Notes: generated from the letters alone by a model not told the origin. Shown: positions 25,151 through 38,179, counted from the stretch's first letter. The stretch: 64,000 nt of DNA from Ascidiella aspersa (GCA_963924565.1 OZ004607.1:24862001-24926000), one strand, 5' to 3'. Made by a program: numbers and translations.

Positions 25151-25359
25151 CCTTTTTTAAACAGGTTTGAGACAATTGCCGAAATAACTCGTTGAAAGTA
25201 CTGCGAAAATAACCAAAAGGATAAATCGCACAACAGATGATCTTCAATTCTTCTTCCCCCCTATATGGTATTCCACATAAACGTGGTTTAATCCTTTATT
25301 TACGCCTAACAGTAGCGCAAAAATTTAATGATTGAACTCTGGTGTTCGAGAAACGCTTT

Positions 25360-27189
25360 AGGGTTAGTAGCCAATGTCGCATATACGGGCGTTTATGTCG
25401 CATATACGGGCGACTGTAGGTCGCATATACGGGCGAAGATGTCGCATATACGGGCGACTGTAGGTCGCATATACGGGCGTTCGCATATACGGGCGAAGTT
25501 CTCTGCCAAAAGTACTGTGTGGTGTAAGGCGTCGGAATGGCGTTCTATCAGACTTTAGTTGGCCATTATGAAGTGTTTGTGTTGCCCGACAGTTATGACG
25601 TCATACCATGTCTTTATGTGGTTTTAATAATCTACATACTGCATGTGAGTATACTATTATTATTGCAATATCGTTGCCTTCTTTTAAGGAATCCGCGGTA
25701 TTTCACGTTTTACAGTATTTTTTTATGAGCCTAATTGATTTCTTTAAATGAAAGATTATACGATTTCGCTGCCAAATTTTTGATTAGCTTGCTCTATATG
25801 GAAATTCACCACGGAAACACAGCCATATTTTATGACGGTCATCTAACCGACAGGATATTAAGCAAATTGGTAAACACATTACCGAAACAGTAATCGAATG
25901 TATGATGTAACAAAATAACCTTATATAAACCGTTTTCTTATTTCATAGTATTTATCCAATACCGCACAAATGTATTTTGGGTGTGTTAATTGGCAGCTGA
26001 TATATCTTTTAGCAAGAATCGCTAGGAGTGTCAGCATAACAAAACATCTATCCACGACCCCGTACATCCGATGTGCAACAGGGGGCTCAAAACTACTAAG
26101 GAGTCTGTGCTGCCCAAAATCAGCCCAAAACAATTGAACAGAAAGGCTATATCAATGCATTGCTGTTTGCCTTCAGGATAGTGAATCAAAATCCTACGGA
26201 ATTTTCGCCATGAATTGCACTTATGTTGCTTTCGACGGAAAACAACAAGCTACTTCTGCAATTGAAACGGCCATTCCGGTTGAATGACCAGATTGACATC
26301 AACTACTACGATTTCGGACGATGAATCAAACATTCCATGCCAACAGAATCAAACATTCCAAGCCAACATGTTAAATAAAATGCGTCTCTGGTCGTTGAAA
26401 CCTCGGTGGGATACGATGAGTAGACGCCCCGCTAAACTTCGCAGGAGGTCGCAGGCAATGGCAGCACTTGTCGACAGGTTTTCTGATATTTTCGGCGAAT
26501 CTCCGTGAGACGTTGACTTTATCAAGCACCGCATTATGCCGACGGATTTTTGGTTCTGTTTGGGGTGATTGTTTGGTAATGGGTGGGGTTAAAAAATAGG
26601 TTAGTGTTGAAATTATTAGGGGAGTTAGTGCAGCATCATGCGACTGCAACGTATATGCGACCTATAGTGGTTAACAAGTCAGCCGAATAAGGGTAATTTA
26701 CTACAGCACTTGATTAATGTAACGTCATGATGAAGACATGATATGACGTCATAACTGTCGGGCAACACAAACACTTCATAATGGCCAACTAAAATCTGAT
26801 AGAACGCCATTCCGACGCCTTACACCACACAGTACTTTTGGCAGAGAAATTCGCCAGTATATGCGACATTATGCGAACGCCCGTATATGCGACCTAGCCA
26901 AATATGAGCTATTTACTACAGCACTTGATGAGTGTGACGTCACGATGAAGACATGATATGACGTCATAACTGTCGGGCAACACAAACACTTTATAATGGC
27001 AAAGTAAAATCTAATAGAACGCCATTCCGACGCCTTACACCACACAGTACTTTTGGCAGAGAACTTCGCCCGTATATGCGACATTATGCGATCGCCCGTA
27101 TATGCGACATCTTCGTCCGTATATGCGACCTACAGTCGCCCGTATATGTGACATAAACGCCCGTATATGCGACATCGGCTGCCAACCCC
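25360..27189. mobile_element. Fold-back-type non-autonomous DNA transposon with long TIRs built from (G)TCGCATATACGGGC sub-repeats
   Basis: About 250-bp TIRs (25360-25615 vs 26945-27189), six motif copies on the left and five on the right, plus an internal duplicate of the right TIR at about 26695-26890. No clean TSD. Confidence 0.75.
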
Positions 27190-27782
27190 TCTCGAGAAAC
27201 GTCGGCGCGTTCTTGGTGAAACGCTTTTTGTTATGTAGAACAAGGACGGTGTAACTGTAGACAGTGCGTTAGATTCCATATGTAAATAAATAATAAATTT
27301 GCCACAGAACGAAACATTGTTAAAACAAAGACGTCATAGCACGGATGTGTATATGGAGGCAGTTTGTCTTGCTGTTTCAAATCTTCCACTACATCATCAT
27401 GTTGTACGGTACATAAATCGTTTGGAGTTCGGAGCTGTTTTGATAAAATTAACTAAAAACTAATGTATAAATATCCGGTGTAGTTGGGTTCGACCACAAT
27501 CTCTTTGGTCAGACTCACTGCACACAAATCTCAGCATTTAAAAAGGAATTGTGTGGTAAACCGATTTATTTTAAATGAAATATGTTCGCGGCATATTTAG
27601 TCAGGCATGACTCTTTTTTCTATTTTCAAGCCATAGAATATTAAATACTAAACGACATTGGATCTCAGTGACGACTTCAGTCTTCAATGTCGTAGAGTAA
27701 CTGCAACTACATCACCGTTCGGTAGATATGACTTTGTACACTCGTTTTCATTTATCAACTGTAGTACCTTGTCAAAATCTTA

Positions 27783-28265
27783 ATGGGTGGTTGGTTTTCA
27801 TCACAAACACATGCTTGTGTGTTTTGTGACATTTTAAGCTCATTAAATGATGGACCTGCTAATGATATTGCATTGCAGCCTATGTCAGACAAGATATTGA
27901 AGTTCAACGAAAACTTAGCTGTTTTGAAAGATAAAAGACCAGCCGCAACCCATCACTATCTTGTAGTACCTCGAAGTCATATTTCAAATCCGAAAACGTT
28001 ACACAACTTACAGCATGCCAAGTTAATTGAGGATATGCATCAGTTTGGAAAATCCTACATTGAAGAAAACGTTCAAGTCGATCCTAGCAAAGAAGTTCGT
28101 TACGGCTTTCACTGGCCACCTTTGATTAGTGTGGACCACTTGCATATGCATATTATATATCCCTGTTCTGAATGTAACTTCCTAAACTCCCAGTTGTTTA
28201 AACATAACTCTTCATTTTTTCTCAGTCCTGAAAGGCTAATCAACATTATAAAACTTAAGTCTTAA
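27783..28265 (+). CDS. HINT3: HINT3-like histidine triad nucleotide-binding protein, paralog A
   Basis: CVFCDI, KDKRPAATHHYLVVPRSHI and YGFHWPPLISVDHLHMHII (HIT motif HxHxH); single exon, 160 aa. Confidence 0.85.
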   Translation: MGGWFSSQTHACVFCDILSSLNDGPANDIALQPMSDKILKFNENLAVLKDKRPAATHHYLVVPRSHISNPKTLHNLQHAKLIEDMHQFGKSYIEENVQVDPSKEVRYGFHWPPLISVDHLHMHIIYPCSECNFLNSQLFKHNSSFFLSPERLINIIKLKS

Positions 28266-28623
28266 ACTTAAATTGTAATCTGTTTCATGCAACTATTTTT
28301 AAATGTTGTAAAAATATCCATTTTTATATGTGTGTTTATATATTCGTTGCAAATTTTATACCTGTTTAGATGCATTTTAAAAATTAATATATTAGTTTGT
28401 CTAACAAGATTCACAGCATGCCAGCAATAGTATGTTCTAAGGAGTTAGCCTTAATTGTGAAAGTTATGAGGCCATTTAATGATAGGTGATCTTAACTGTT
28501 CTGATTAACCTTGAAGTTCAACAATGTGTTTGTGTTTACCTTAAATATAAATCTATTTTCTTAATATATATCACTTTTAAAATGTTTTAGATCTGTGATA
28601 AAAGTAAAAAATTAATTGCTGAC

Positions 28624-29085
28624 ATGGCTGAATTTACACAAAAACTATCAACTGCTTGTTTGTTTTGTCAAATTTCTTCTGGAATCAATGAAAATCGGTG
28701 TCAGAATGTGTTGACTTTCAATGAAACAATGTATGTGATCAAAGACCTTAAACCTGCTTCCACCCACCACTACCTCACTATACCTCGCAGCCATGTCACT
28801 AATCCCCAAACTCTTTGCAAACATTCCGATATTACATTAATACAGAAAATGGTGAAGTTTGCAAAAGAATATTTAAAATCTGTTGAACCCCAGTACAGTG
28901 ACAATGATGCTAGAATTGGCTTTCATATCCCTCCTTACACAAGTCAAGAGCATTTGCACCTCCATATTATATGGCCAGCTTCTCTAATACATAGCAGAAA
29001 ATATCAAGAAGGTTATTGGTACTTTGTAGACCCACAAACTGTTACTGAAATGGTAACAAAAAAAATAAAAAAGGAACAGGGATGA
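28624..29085 (+). CDS. HINT3: HINT3-like histidine triad protein, paralog B
   Basis: CLFCQI, KDLKPASTHHYLTIPRSHV and IGFHIPPYTSQEHLHLHII; single exon, 153 aa; acceptor-like GTTTTAG at 28590. Confidence 0.85.
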   Translation: MAEFTQKLSTACLFCQISSGINENRCQNVLTFNETMYVIKDLKPASTHHYLTIPRSHVTNPQTLCKHSDITLIQKMVKFAKEYLKSVEPQYSDNDARIGFHIPPYTSQEHLHLHIIWPASLIHSRKYQEGYWYFVDPQTVTEMVTKKIKKEQG

Positions 29086-29356
29086 TAGTGTTTTTTAGTT
29101 TATATCCCATTGGGTGCCGCAGTTTATGTAAATCAATGTATACAAGTGTATATCTTTTAAATGTCCTGTGATGTATTGTTGATTTGAAGATATTATAATC
29201 ATTCTTCTATTGTCAAATTTTATTTTTGTGTATTTTATTGATTGAACCATCTATATTTTAACAGAAGGATCAGTTATATGGATAATAGTACTCTCTAAAC
29301 TAACTCTGGAAGTTTTAGTACTCTTTCTCTGTATAGACAATATAATCTAAGGCTGA

Positions 29357-31813
29357 ATGGCAGCCACTGAACCATACAGAACATTGCCAAAAAAGGAGTT
29401 TGACTCTTCATCAGAGGAGGGCCAAATTACTGATGATGACTCCAGTGATGAATGCTCTGGTAAACGCATGAAGATATCAGAAAGCAGTACAACATCTTCT
29501 TTACTTTCAAACCAAAATGCAACTGGCACAAGTGGTGCAAGAATGCAGCCAAATATTCGACCTAAGCGCAGAAACAACATATGGGGATCAGTACTAGCAG
29601 ACCAGTCATCAAATGAAATATCGCATTCTTTTGGAACAGTTGGAATGAAACATTTTATGTCAAGGTTATTATTTGTTTATTGGGATGTAAAAACATAATG
29701 CTAGCATTCAAGGAAGCTTTAGTTTTTATAAAAATTGACATGTTCCAGGGGTCCTGAATCATTTTCATTGGAAATAGCACACAAAGATCGAAGAATGGAA
29801 GACCCGGCTTACAGCTCTTCTTCAGATGATGACGAACTGGTAATTTTTTGACAAATTGAACAATGCAATAGTGTAACAGTGTTTCTCTGTAATTTTTTTT
29901 TGGCTCTGATAATATTTATATAATTTCATGCCAAGATTTTCTTTTGTGTTAGAAGGCTTATTACTGTCTAATTTTTTTATTTTTTTTTACATTGAACTTT
30001 TAAGTTAAAAAATGCGAAAATGGAGTTTCACCCTTTTTTGTTATTTTGTGAATTTGTTTAGATTAGAATTTTGTAAAATTAAAACTGGAATATATTATTA
30101 AGATCAGCTATACAATAACGACTCTGTATTATAGAAAATCTGTATTGTCAAACTGATTGTGGTACTAATGCTACTTTACGATCCAATGTTTAAAAATCTA
30201 GGTTTTATACTTAGATCATTTTTGCTAAAATCGTTTGCAACTCAATATTGTCAGCATAAATACTACAGTGCTCCAAACAAATTACCAACAAATACTAAAT
30301 CGTGTAATGATGAAACACTGTTTTGAAGGAAAAGGAAAAAGAGCCAACAATTGAAGAGGAAATGGAAAACTACATGATTGCTAGACAACATTTGAACAAT
30401 CAATTTAACGAAAAAATACAACCTAAAAAACAGAACCTTAAACGAAAACGACCTAAAAACCGAAAACCTGGACAGGTGCCAAAGTACCAACCCGGACAAA
30501 AGGTCACTTTAAATAAGAAGGTTAATGTTAGTCCAGCTGACGCTGAAGATATTGTAGCTGAAGAAATAGCATTCAGGTTGAAACATTTATGTTTATTTTT
30601 GCCGTAAAATAAATTTAACTTTTATTATTTTTGCTTTATAATAGGTTATGGGAAAAGAAAAAGGAACTCATTAAAACTATTGTTTCAGTCATTGGAAATG
30701 AAAAAGCTTTATTCCTGTTTGGAAAAACAGAAGCCCTTGAATTAGGTGGTGGTGTCATGACAATGAAGGTAGGATTTTGGCAAAGCGAAATATTTACTTT
30801 TATTAGAATTCACATTCTATTTTTATAATCTAATTTTGCTTAGGGTGACAGAAGAAGAACACCTGGAGGTACATTTCTCTTTCTCCTTAGAAAAGATCCA
30901 GACGTAGACCAAGATATGATAAATGTAAACTTATAATTATTGCTAATTTATTTAGGTGACTGTTTTAAATTAAAACTGGCTTCTTTTAGGTGATAAATAT
31001 GGACCTTTTAAGCAGTTTTTTTTTTAAATTTAGTCAAAACCCATGTGGGGCGTAAAGGTTTAATAGCAGGAGCAGAGATGAAACACTCACTGATCCAAAA
31101 ACTTTTTTCAAGTTGCAAATATAAGTTTTGTGATAATAATCTTGAAAATATATATTTCTAGAATGGCTATGAATGTGCAACCCTAGAAGTTTAAGAAACA
31201 CCGCTTTAAATCATAATGGCTGCAGGTTGTAGTACCTACTTACGTATGGGCTTATGTAGAGGTTTAGATAATTGCTTTGTTTACTTTTAGTTAGCTGTTT
31301 GGCAATAGAAAGTTTATTTAAATTCTATAAATTTGCCCAACTTACCAGTCCATTAGTCTATGTTTACAATCAAATGATTTTCTTAGAATGTAACTATTTT
31401 TGTTATAATGAAAATTGAACCTGTGACTATTTGTGGATAATCTTTTATTTACCAATGAGCTATTAAGTATATTTTTTAAAACAGACTTGCTCAAATGCCC
31501 ACGCTGTATCTATTACACAAACCAAAGCGTTAATTTTCTACTTTTGTGATAACAGAAAATCTTTGAAGCTGAGTCGCTACGCGAAAAAGAACGCTGGCTT
31601 GCTTCAAAACAGGCCATAAAACAACAGCGCGAAGCTTTGAACGTTGGCGAAACGCCGCAAAATAGTCCATCCACCTCCAACGTCAACTCAATAGCGACCG
31701 CTAGCGGTTCTAATCTTGTCGTACAATCACCGCACTGTGCGGATTTAACTGAAGAGACACGACTGAGCGATGTCGAGGAAAACAGCTGCGAGGCTGCTGA
31801 AATGTTTCCTTGA
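29357..31813 (+). CDS. PHAX: Phosphorylated adaptor for RNA export, 6 exons
   Basis: Exons 29357-29664, 29749-29839, 30329-30576, 30645-30768, 30844-30924, 31556-31813. Motifs RRNNIWGSVL and the RNA-binding domain IAFRLWEKKKELIKTIVSVIGNEKA...TEALELGGGVMTMKGDRRRTPGGTFLFLL. Confidence 0.9.
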
Positions 31814-34800
31814 TCTTTTTGATTTTGTGACAACATCCAGGAAAGTTTGAAATACGCTTGTATGGCGGCGGTTATAAACATGAAGCGAATGTGGTCAAGC
31901 CAGTGGGTCAAATAAATCTACGGAATGATGATTAATTTGATCGTAGCTTGGGACATTTGTTTTGATTCCAATCGGATAATATTGCAAGATAGTCGCCATT
32001 AAGTCGTTGAGGGGGTAAATGGAAGTCATAGTGACATATTGATGAGTGTGCGCCACTATAATATAACCTGGTCGATTCACAATGGTTTCTTACTGGTTTA
32101 CTTTTCGATGTGATTTTGAAACTTGTTTTACGACACATTTACAAACTGCGCCAATATACCACATCAAAACTATAGTCTGCAAAAAATAGAGGCTCCCGAC
32201 AATGGGATTTTATATTTCGGTAGGCCTATATATTTTGTGCCAGGTGTGTTTAAAATTGTGCAAAACTAATTGTTTAGGTCAAATATATTTTCAATTTAAT
32301 TAAATTTTAGTACAAGCACCACCGCGTGTTTCGCCTTCTATTTGCCTTATTTGAGGCTGCGCTCTAAGCATAGCTATTACCTCTAAAAATCTTTCGAAAA
32401 ATGAAGTATTTTTTTCGTTAACACCGACTAGCTAAAACGTTGAAACCTTAATCCAGTGGTCGGCAATCTATTTTTGTCGCTGCCCAAACTACTATTTTCA
32501 GAGCTACTGAAGGCCCACTACGTAAAACACTATGAAACAGTGGCGGATTCAGGATATTTGACTTTAAGGTGAAATATTACACGGCGCCTGGATGCCCAAA
32601 ACATTTCCATGCCACAAGGAAAAGTCCTATAAAACGAGGAATATACGCGCGACGCTCGAAAATTTTTTTGTTTACATATCGTTTAAGTTTAAAAATTCTT
32701 ACCACACCAACTTTTAAAATAATGTTAAAAGGAGAACGGCCATCACGCGGCCTACAACTACATGATAACACTAAGCTATTCAAAAGTAACTCGCGGCCCA
32801 ACAGTTTGCCAACCACAGACTTAATTACAGCTGAAAGCAATAATAATGTTGTTACACATTTTCTCTGTGGCGGGGCGAAATTATAACTAGTTAGCACAGT
32901 GCACGTTCGTACAAAGTATCAGTACGCATAAAAGCAGGGGGCAGGTACTGTATTGTATACGCAAAGCATTTGCCTCATTTGATATACTTGTAACAGTATG
33001 CAATGTCTAAAAGTCAGACTTTTCTGCCCTTGGATGCCCTAATTGTCGTAGATCTTTTGCTTAGAAATGCACTAATTTCTAAGTTGGGGTGTAAAGCTGC
33101 ACCACGATAACGTGCTGATACATTACTCAATAAATTACAGCCGTTCTCGCTCCTCTGCCGTTTCTTAAAACTATTACTATTACTATTGAAAGGCAGCGTT
33201 GTCTGATGACAATGAATGGGCTTTTAGCAAGTAGTCAAGCGCCGCTGTCATTATTCTTGGTGGTTCCTTTTCAGTGTCGTTAGCGATTTCATTTTAAGCG
33301 GATGTTTGCGCGCTTTCACGTGCCTGGGTAAAACCGCCACGAATAGATCCTTGGCTCTGTGATTTTTAATTTTTGCCGACTGTATGATTTTCTGAAATTG
33401 TCACTTCAGCTTTTCTGCTTGACAGCCAAAAAACAAAATTCTCTGTCGGGGCATATAATTTATGTGCTCGTAATTTAGATAACATTGCCAATATTTTTTA
33501 AATTGCGCTTGAGCAATCGTCGTGTGTTTTTAACAGGGATAAATTATGGGAAAGCCCACGTTGCAGACATAAATCGTAAATTAAAGGAAAATATACTATT
33601 ACAAGTTGACATACGCCAATCGCCGAATGGTACTTAATATGCGGTCGTCCAACCCTTTGGGTAATTAACCACCTCATGTTTACGTATATAGTGATAAATG
33701 GCGATAGTACACAGGCCACAAGGGCCTTGGTGGCGATAAAGGATGTTTATATCCTGAATTTTGTCTGCAGTATTAATGGGGCATTTCCCCTGCTTCCAGT
33801 ATACACGTGAGATTAAAGAGTTGCCATCAGTAAGCACTGTACTCCCCGACGGGTTGCGAAGCGGATTTAGATCTTTGTTTTGTTCATTGACTACGCCCAT
33901 CACGACATAACTGTTGATGACCCGAATATACAAAAGTAATATACCTGGTATTGCCATACAACAGGGGTTGCGAATCTTTTCATTTTGCGAGTCATACACG
34001 ATACCCTTTTAATCCTAAAAATAGCACAATGGTGTTATGGGAGGTAGTATTTACGATTTTGCAAAGCTGTAAAAATTGCAGTAACTGGATATTTTGGGAG
34101 AAATTGCATTTTGTAGAGAGTCCATACAGCGCTGGGCTGTAGTCATTTATAAAAAAATTAAATATTCAAAGGATCTTTATGCATTTTAACATACCATAAT
34201 GCAAAACACACTTTACAATCGAAGAATATTAGCCCAAACCGAAAAAAAATGCGTTTACAAAGTTGACGAAAAAACAAAGATTAGGTGGCAACTACCAACA
34301 AAGGTGTAAATGCATTAATGTGTCGGCGGGCGCGTTGAACGCGAGCCTATTAAAAATTTTTTTTGGGCTTTTTTCACTGGCCCCCCAAAATAATATCGCA
34401 GGCCAATAAAGAGTCCGCGGAAGAAATCCACGCTGGTCTAGGTTATTATTAGTCAACAATGTTGTTGAGACGGCTTAAATTCTGCGCAGACAGACAGTCT
34501 ATTAATATTACTTGAAATTGGAGGTACGCGTTGAATTTGAAAACGGATGCGTGAGTTTGAGTAGTCTGTATATATCTGTGTCTTATTCGGGCCCTAAATC
34601 CAACAGTGCTTCGCGTATTTCCTTGGAAGACAGACCTGGGAATACACACTGTTTTCACTCGGTGATGAAGTGGTAAATCTCGATGATGTTACAACGCAAC
34701 TTTATTCTCACATTTAACAACAAAAATATGGTGATCTTCACAACAATGGTAAAAGTGAAACGCCGACTCAAGTTATTTATTCTGGTCTTGTATTTTGTAT

Positions 34801-36042
34801 TGTCTTCTTGTTTAAGTAACAAAAATAAAAAATGTAACAAAGTTTGGCCATAATATAATTGTAGTTTAATTGTCTATTTATTTTATAGTCGACACTTATG
34901 TCATAATTAGCGTGATTATTTTTTGACCTAAAAAATGAGAAATTAAATTTTGATCAGAAAATACATATTTTTGACAAAATTTTGACCTATTAGATATACA
35001 TTAGACAACATATTGTTGTTTAAAGTAGTGCATTAGTGTCTTGGCGTCGTTAACCACGCGTTTTTGATGTTTGCTGACTACCGATCGAACGTAAATAGGT
35101 TATATTTCGGGTTTATGCAAAACTCATGAAAACGCTTAGTTAATATTTTTGTTTCAAAATAACAAACAACTACTAAAATGGCAAACAAAAACAACACGCT
35201 GGTTATTTTAAAAAATTGTTGTGTAAATAGTTGAAATACTAAGCGATTTAATATGTATTTTTAATTGATTTTCATTGGAAATAATTTTGACCTAACGTGC
35301 AAATTTTGACAAAATTGTGACTTTTTTGACAAGTCAAAAAATAATCGCCCAAGTCATAATATTTGTTGTCGTGTATGTAGTTTAATGGCCTATTTTTTAT
35401 AACCACTTATGTAGATTATGTATAGCAGTAAAATGTTAACCCACTTTTGTTTTCTGAATGAAACAAGCAATTCAGTTTGTCATTTAAAAAAAATCATGAT
35501 TTATTGCTGAACTCGAAATAAATACAGCGCTACGTAAATATAGAACGCCCGAACAACATTTGAATGACTCATAAAGTGGATGTGACTCATGTTCATTTAG
35601 GAAAACTAATGGCATTTAGTGGATGAGCAGTTTCGTTCATCCACTGGCAGCATGATAGACAATATGGTTGCAAATATTGCAGATTGAATAGAAAACATTA
35701 AAAAAATGGCCACGATTTAAATAAAAAGAAAACAGGAAACCCTCGCAGAATCACATTTCCATTTTATATATTAAACATATAGAAAACGTTCTAATCACCG
35801 CAGCTTAACAGCGTACATTTACTTATGCAAATTTATGTGCAACAAAAGGAAAATAAAAGTATAATAACTGTCATAGACAAAAACAACTTTACCACCATAG
35901 CAAATTGACGGTAGCCCTTAAAACAAGGTAGCACATCAAGTATAGTTTTTAACATGGCCCTAAATAATGCCCAACTTTGTTTTTGCGTCCTCGGCTTGAA
36001 TTTAACTTCTATTGAAACCATTTCGATTTCGGAAAAACACGA

Positions 36043-38179
36043 TTATTTTTCGGTTTCGTTGACGTTATTTATTGGCTCCTTTGCCCCACTGCTACTGTCT
36101 TCTTGAGGAGTTGAGGAGTTTGCTCTTAATCTATTGTTGGCCGCCTCCCGTCTCGTCTGAGCCATGGTCAGAATCAGTCGCGTGGTGTTGTTCGCCCTAG
36201 CTCCGTTTCCGGATGTGGCAGTCGTCTGGGCGTGTTTACGCTTGCTAAATTTTCTAAAAACAGCAGAAACACGATTAAGGCAAACCGCACCCTATAGTTG
36301 AATTAAACCATAGCCCTTTAGCGGGTTCACCATTACACCGGCGGCAACAAGTAACACTTGGGTATATAAATAAAAAACTTGAAAGTTCTATATTTTTGTA
36401 TTTTTATTTGCTACTGACAGCGTGTAAGACATCAGTTCCTTAAACGATTTGAAAGTTTTTTAACTACAATTTTATTATTTTTACCGTGTTGCGGGGATAT
36501 TTGTTGTTTGTAAAGTTTGTCTGATCCATATCTTACTTTATTGTCAAAAAGGCCGAAAATTAAAATAATGAAAAGGCTTGCCCCGACTTAAGAACAAAAT
36601 ATGAAATTAAACCAACCAAAGAAAGCCATAAAGAATATACGATTGACGTTTACCTGGCGCAAAGCGGCAAGATCATGTTGGGCCAATCTCGGAATGACAT
36701 GATTATGCAAATGATGTTGATTAGGAGATTAATGTCAAATATAGCGAGATAGACAAGCTCCGGTACGATGATGAGCATTTGTACCACGGTGAAGACCACA
36801 TCCGACAGCACGCAGATGAGAGTCAGAATAAATGCTTTTCGAATAAACAGAATCACCCGGCGCCCTTGTTGCGTTTTGTTTCTGCGAATTTTATTGTAAG
36901 ATATTATTTATTTGTGCGACCTTTTCAAAAAAATGTTTAGTTAAAAAGTTCAACAGTTAAACACAGCATTTTTTGTGACGCATATTGAATATTTCAATAG
37001 AATATGCGATCAGCACAGCTTTAAAAACAACGAAACTTAAAAAAACGTATTTTTCAACGTTGTTACCTACACCAATTGAAAGCTCATGGCTGGTACAATT
37101 AAATTAGCAAGTATGTCGGTAGTTTCGCTTAACGTTTACCTCTTAACCTTCTTTCCATCGGATACAGTTGATACTGTGCTGGATGTTCTACTCCGTCCCT
37201 TTTCCGCTAAATTGGTGCCGATTTTCTTCAAGGCACTTGGCTTTTCTTTAGGACTTGTGTTCGCCGTCGCTTCGCCGCCCTTCTTGTAGAAGACAAACGG
37301 CGCCCTAAAAAATCTCGTCTTCGACTTGTAACAAGGATATTCATTCGTTTGTTGATCGGCGTGTGATCCCTGTTGGGCAGTTGGAAGGGCCTCAGGTTCT
37401 TCGCATTGAGCGTGGCCATTCGTGTATGTTTCCGAGACCGACTCGCGGCGGTCGTTGGGCGAAGATGCATTTGCAGACCGATAACGCTGCGTCTTCTTAG
37501 TGAGCAATGGGTAGACGAAAAGCGCCAGCAGACTGAGTTGAAACGAAACCGTGAAGCATACAACCAGAGTTGGCACAAGATCGAACCCAGAGCTGGTAGC
37601 GATGTCGCGACAGCCCTCAGGCGAAGCGCGGTAGTCCCAGCCAGTCATCTGTGGAATGACGTATATAACTGTGAGCACAGCGCCTCCGCTTAACATGATG
37701 AAGAGTGTTGCCCAACTGATGAAGGTCACGACTGGATTGAGCACATGAGAGAGAACCGGGTTGGCGTAAAATATACTTTGTCGCAACCAGAGGAAAATAT
37801 AAATCGGGTAGAGGCTCAGCGAATAGAAAACAGTGCTGACTGACACAGAAATAATGCAATTGTCGTCACTCTGCCAGCCTGTAATGGCCACTGCTTGGTC
37901 GGCTGCAAACCTACAAACTGCCATAGAAACGCTGACCAGACACATGCGGTAGAGCATTTTGCCCTTTTTGCCTCCGATTTCACGTCCTGGCTTGCAACGG
38001 GTAATCGTCGCGTACCGGGCAAGGCATATCAGCAGGTAAATGGCAAAGACGGTGACGAAGCATATCACAGATTCTGCAAAGATCCAATAGATGTCCATGT
38101 AGGGGTCTTCGGGAAGTTGTACTAAAACGGTGATTGTTTCCCCGGTCGACATGACACCAGAACTACGGTTTGCCGACAT
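36043..38179 (-). CDS. Orphan seven-transmembrane (GPCR-like) receptor with a long third intracellular loop, 3 coding exons
   Basis: Exons 38179-37140, 36881-36654, 36253-36043, in phase. Five hydrophobic helices in exon 1 and two in exon 2; N-terminal NRS sequon; Cys at the top of TM3 and in ECL2; FLWLRQ in place of DRY; S/T- and basic-rich ICL3 and C-tail. Confidence 0.75.

Noticed and set aside
25376-25495. Regularly spaced short repeats resembling a CRISPR array
   Set aside because: Spacers are 2-8 nt and themselves repeated, the array is mirrored at 27065-27175 as a TIR, there are no cas genes and the context is eukaryotic.
33250-33455. Minus-strand basic reading frame (KIIQSAKIKNHRAKDLFVAVLPRHVKARKHPLK) after a TTTCAG
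   Set aside because: No upstream partner exon or homology recognised; the 7TM gene already terminates at 36043.
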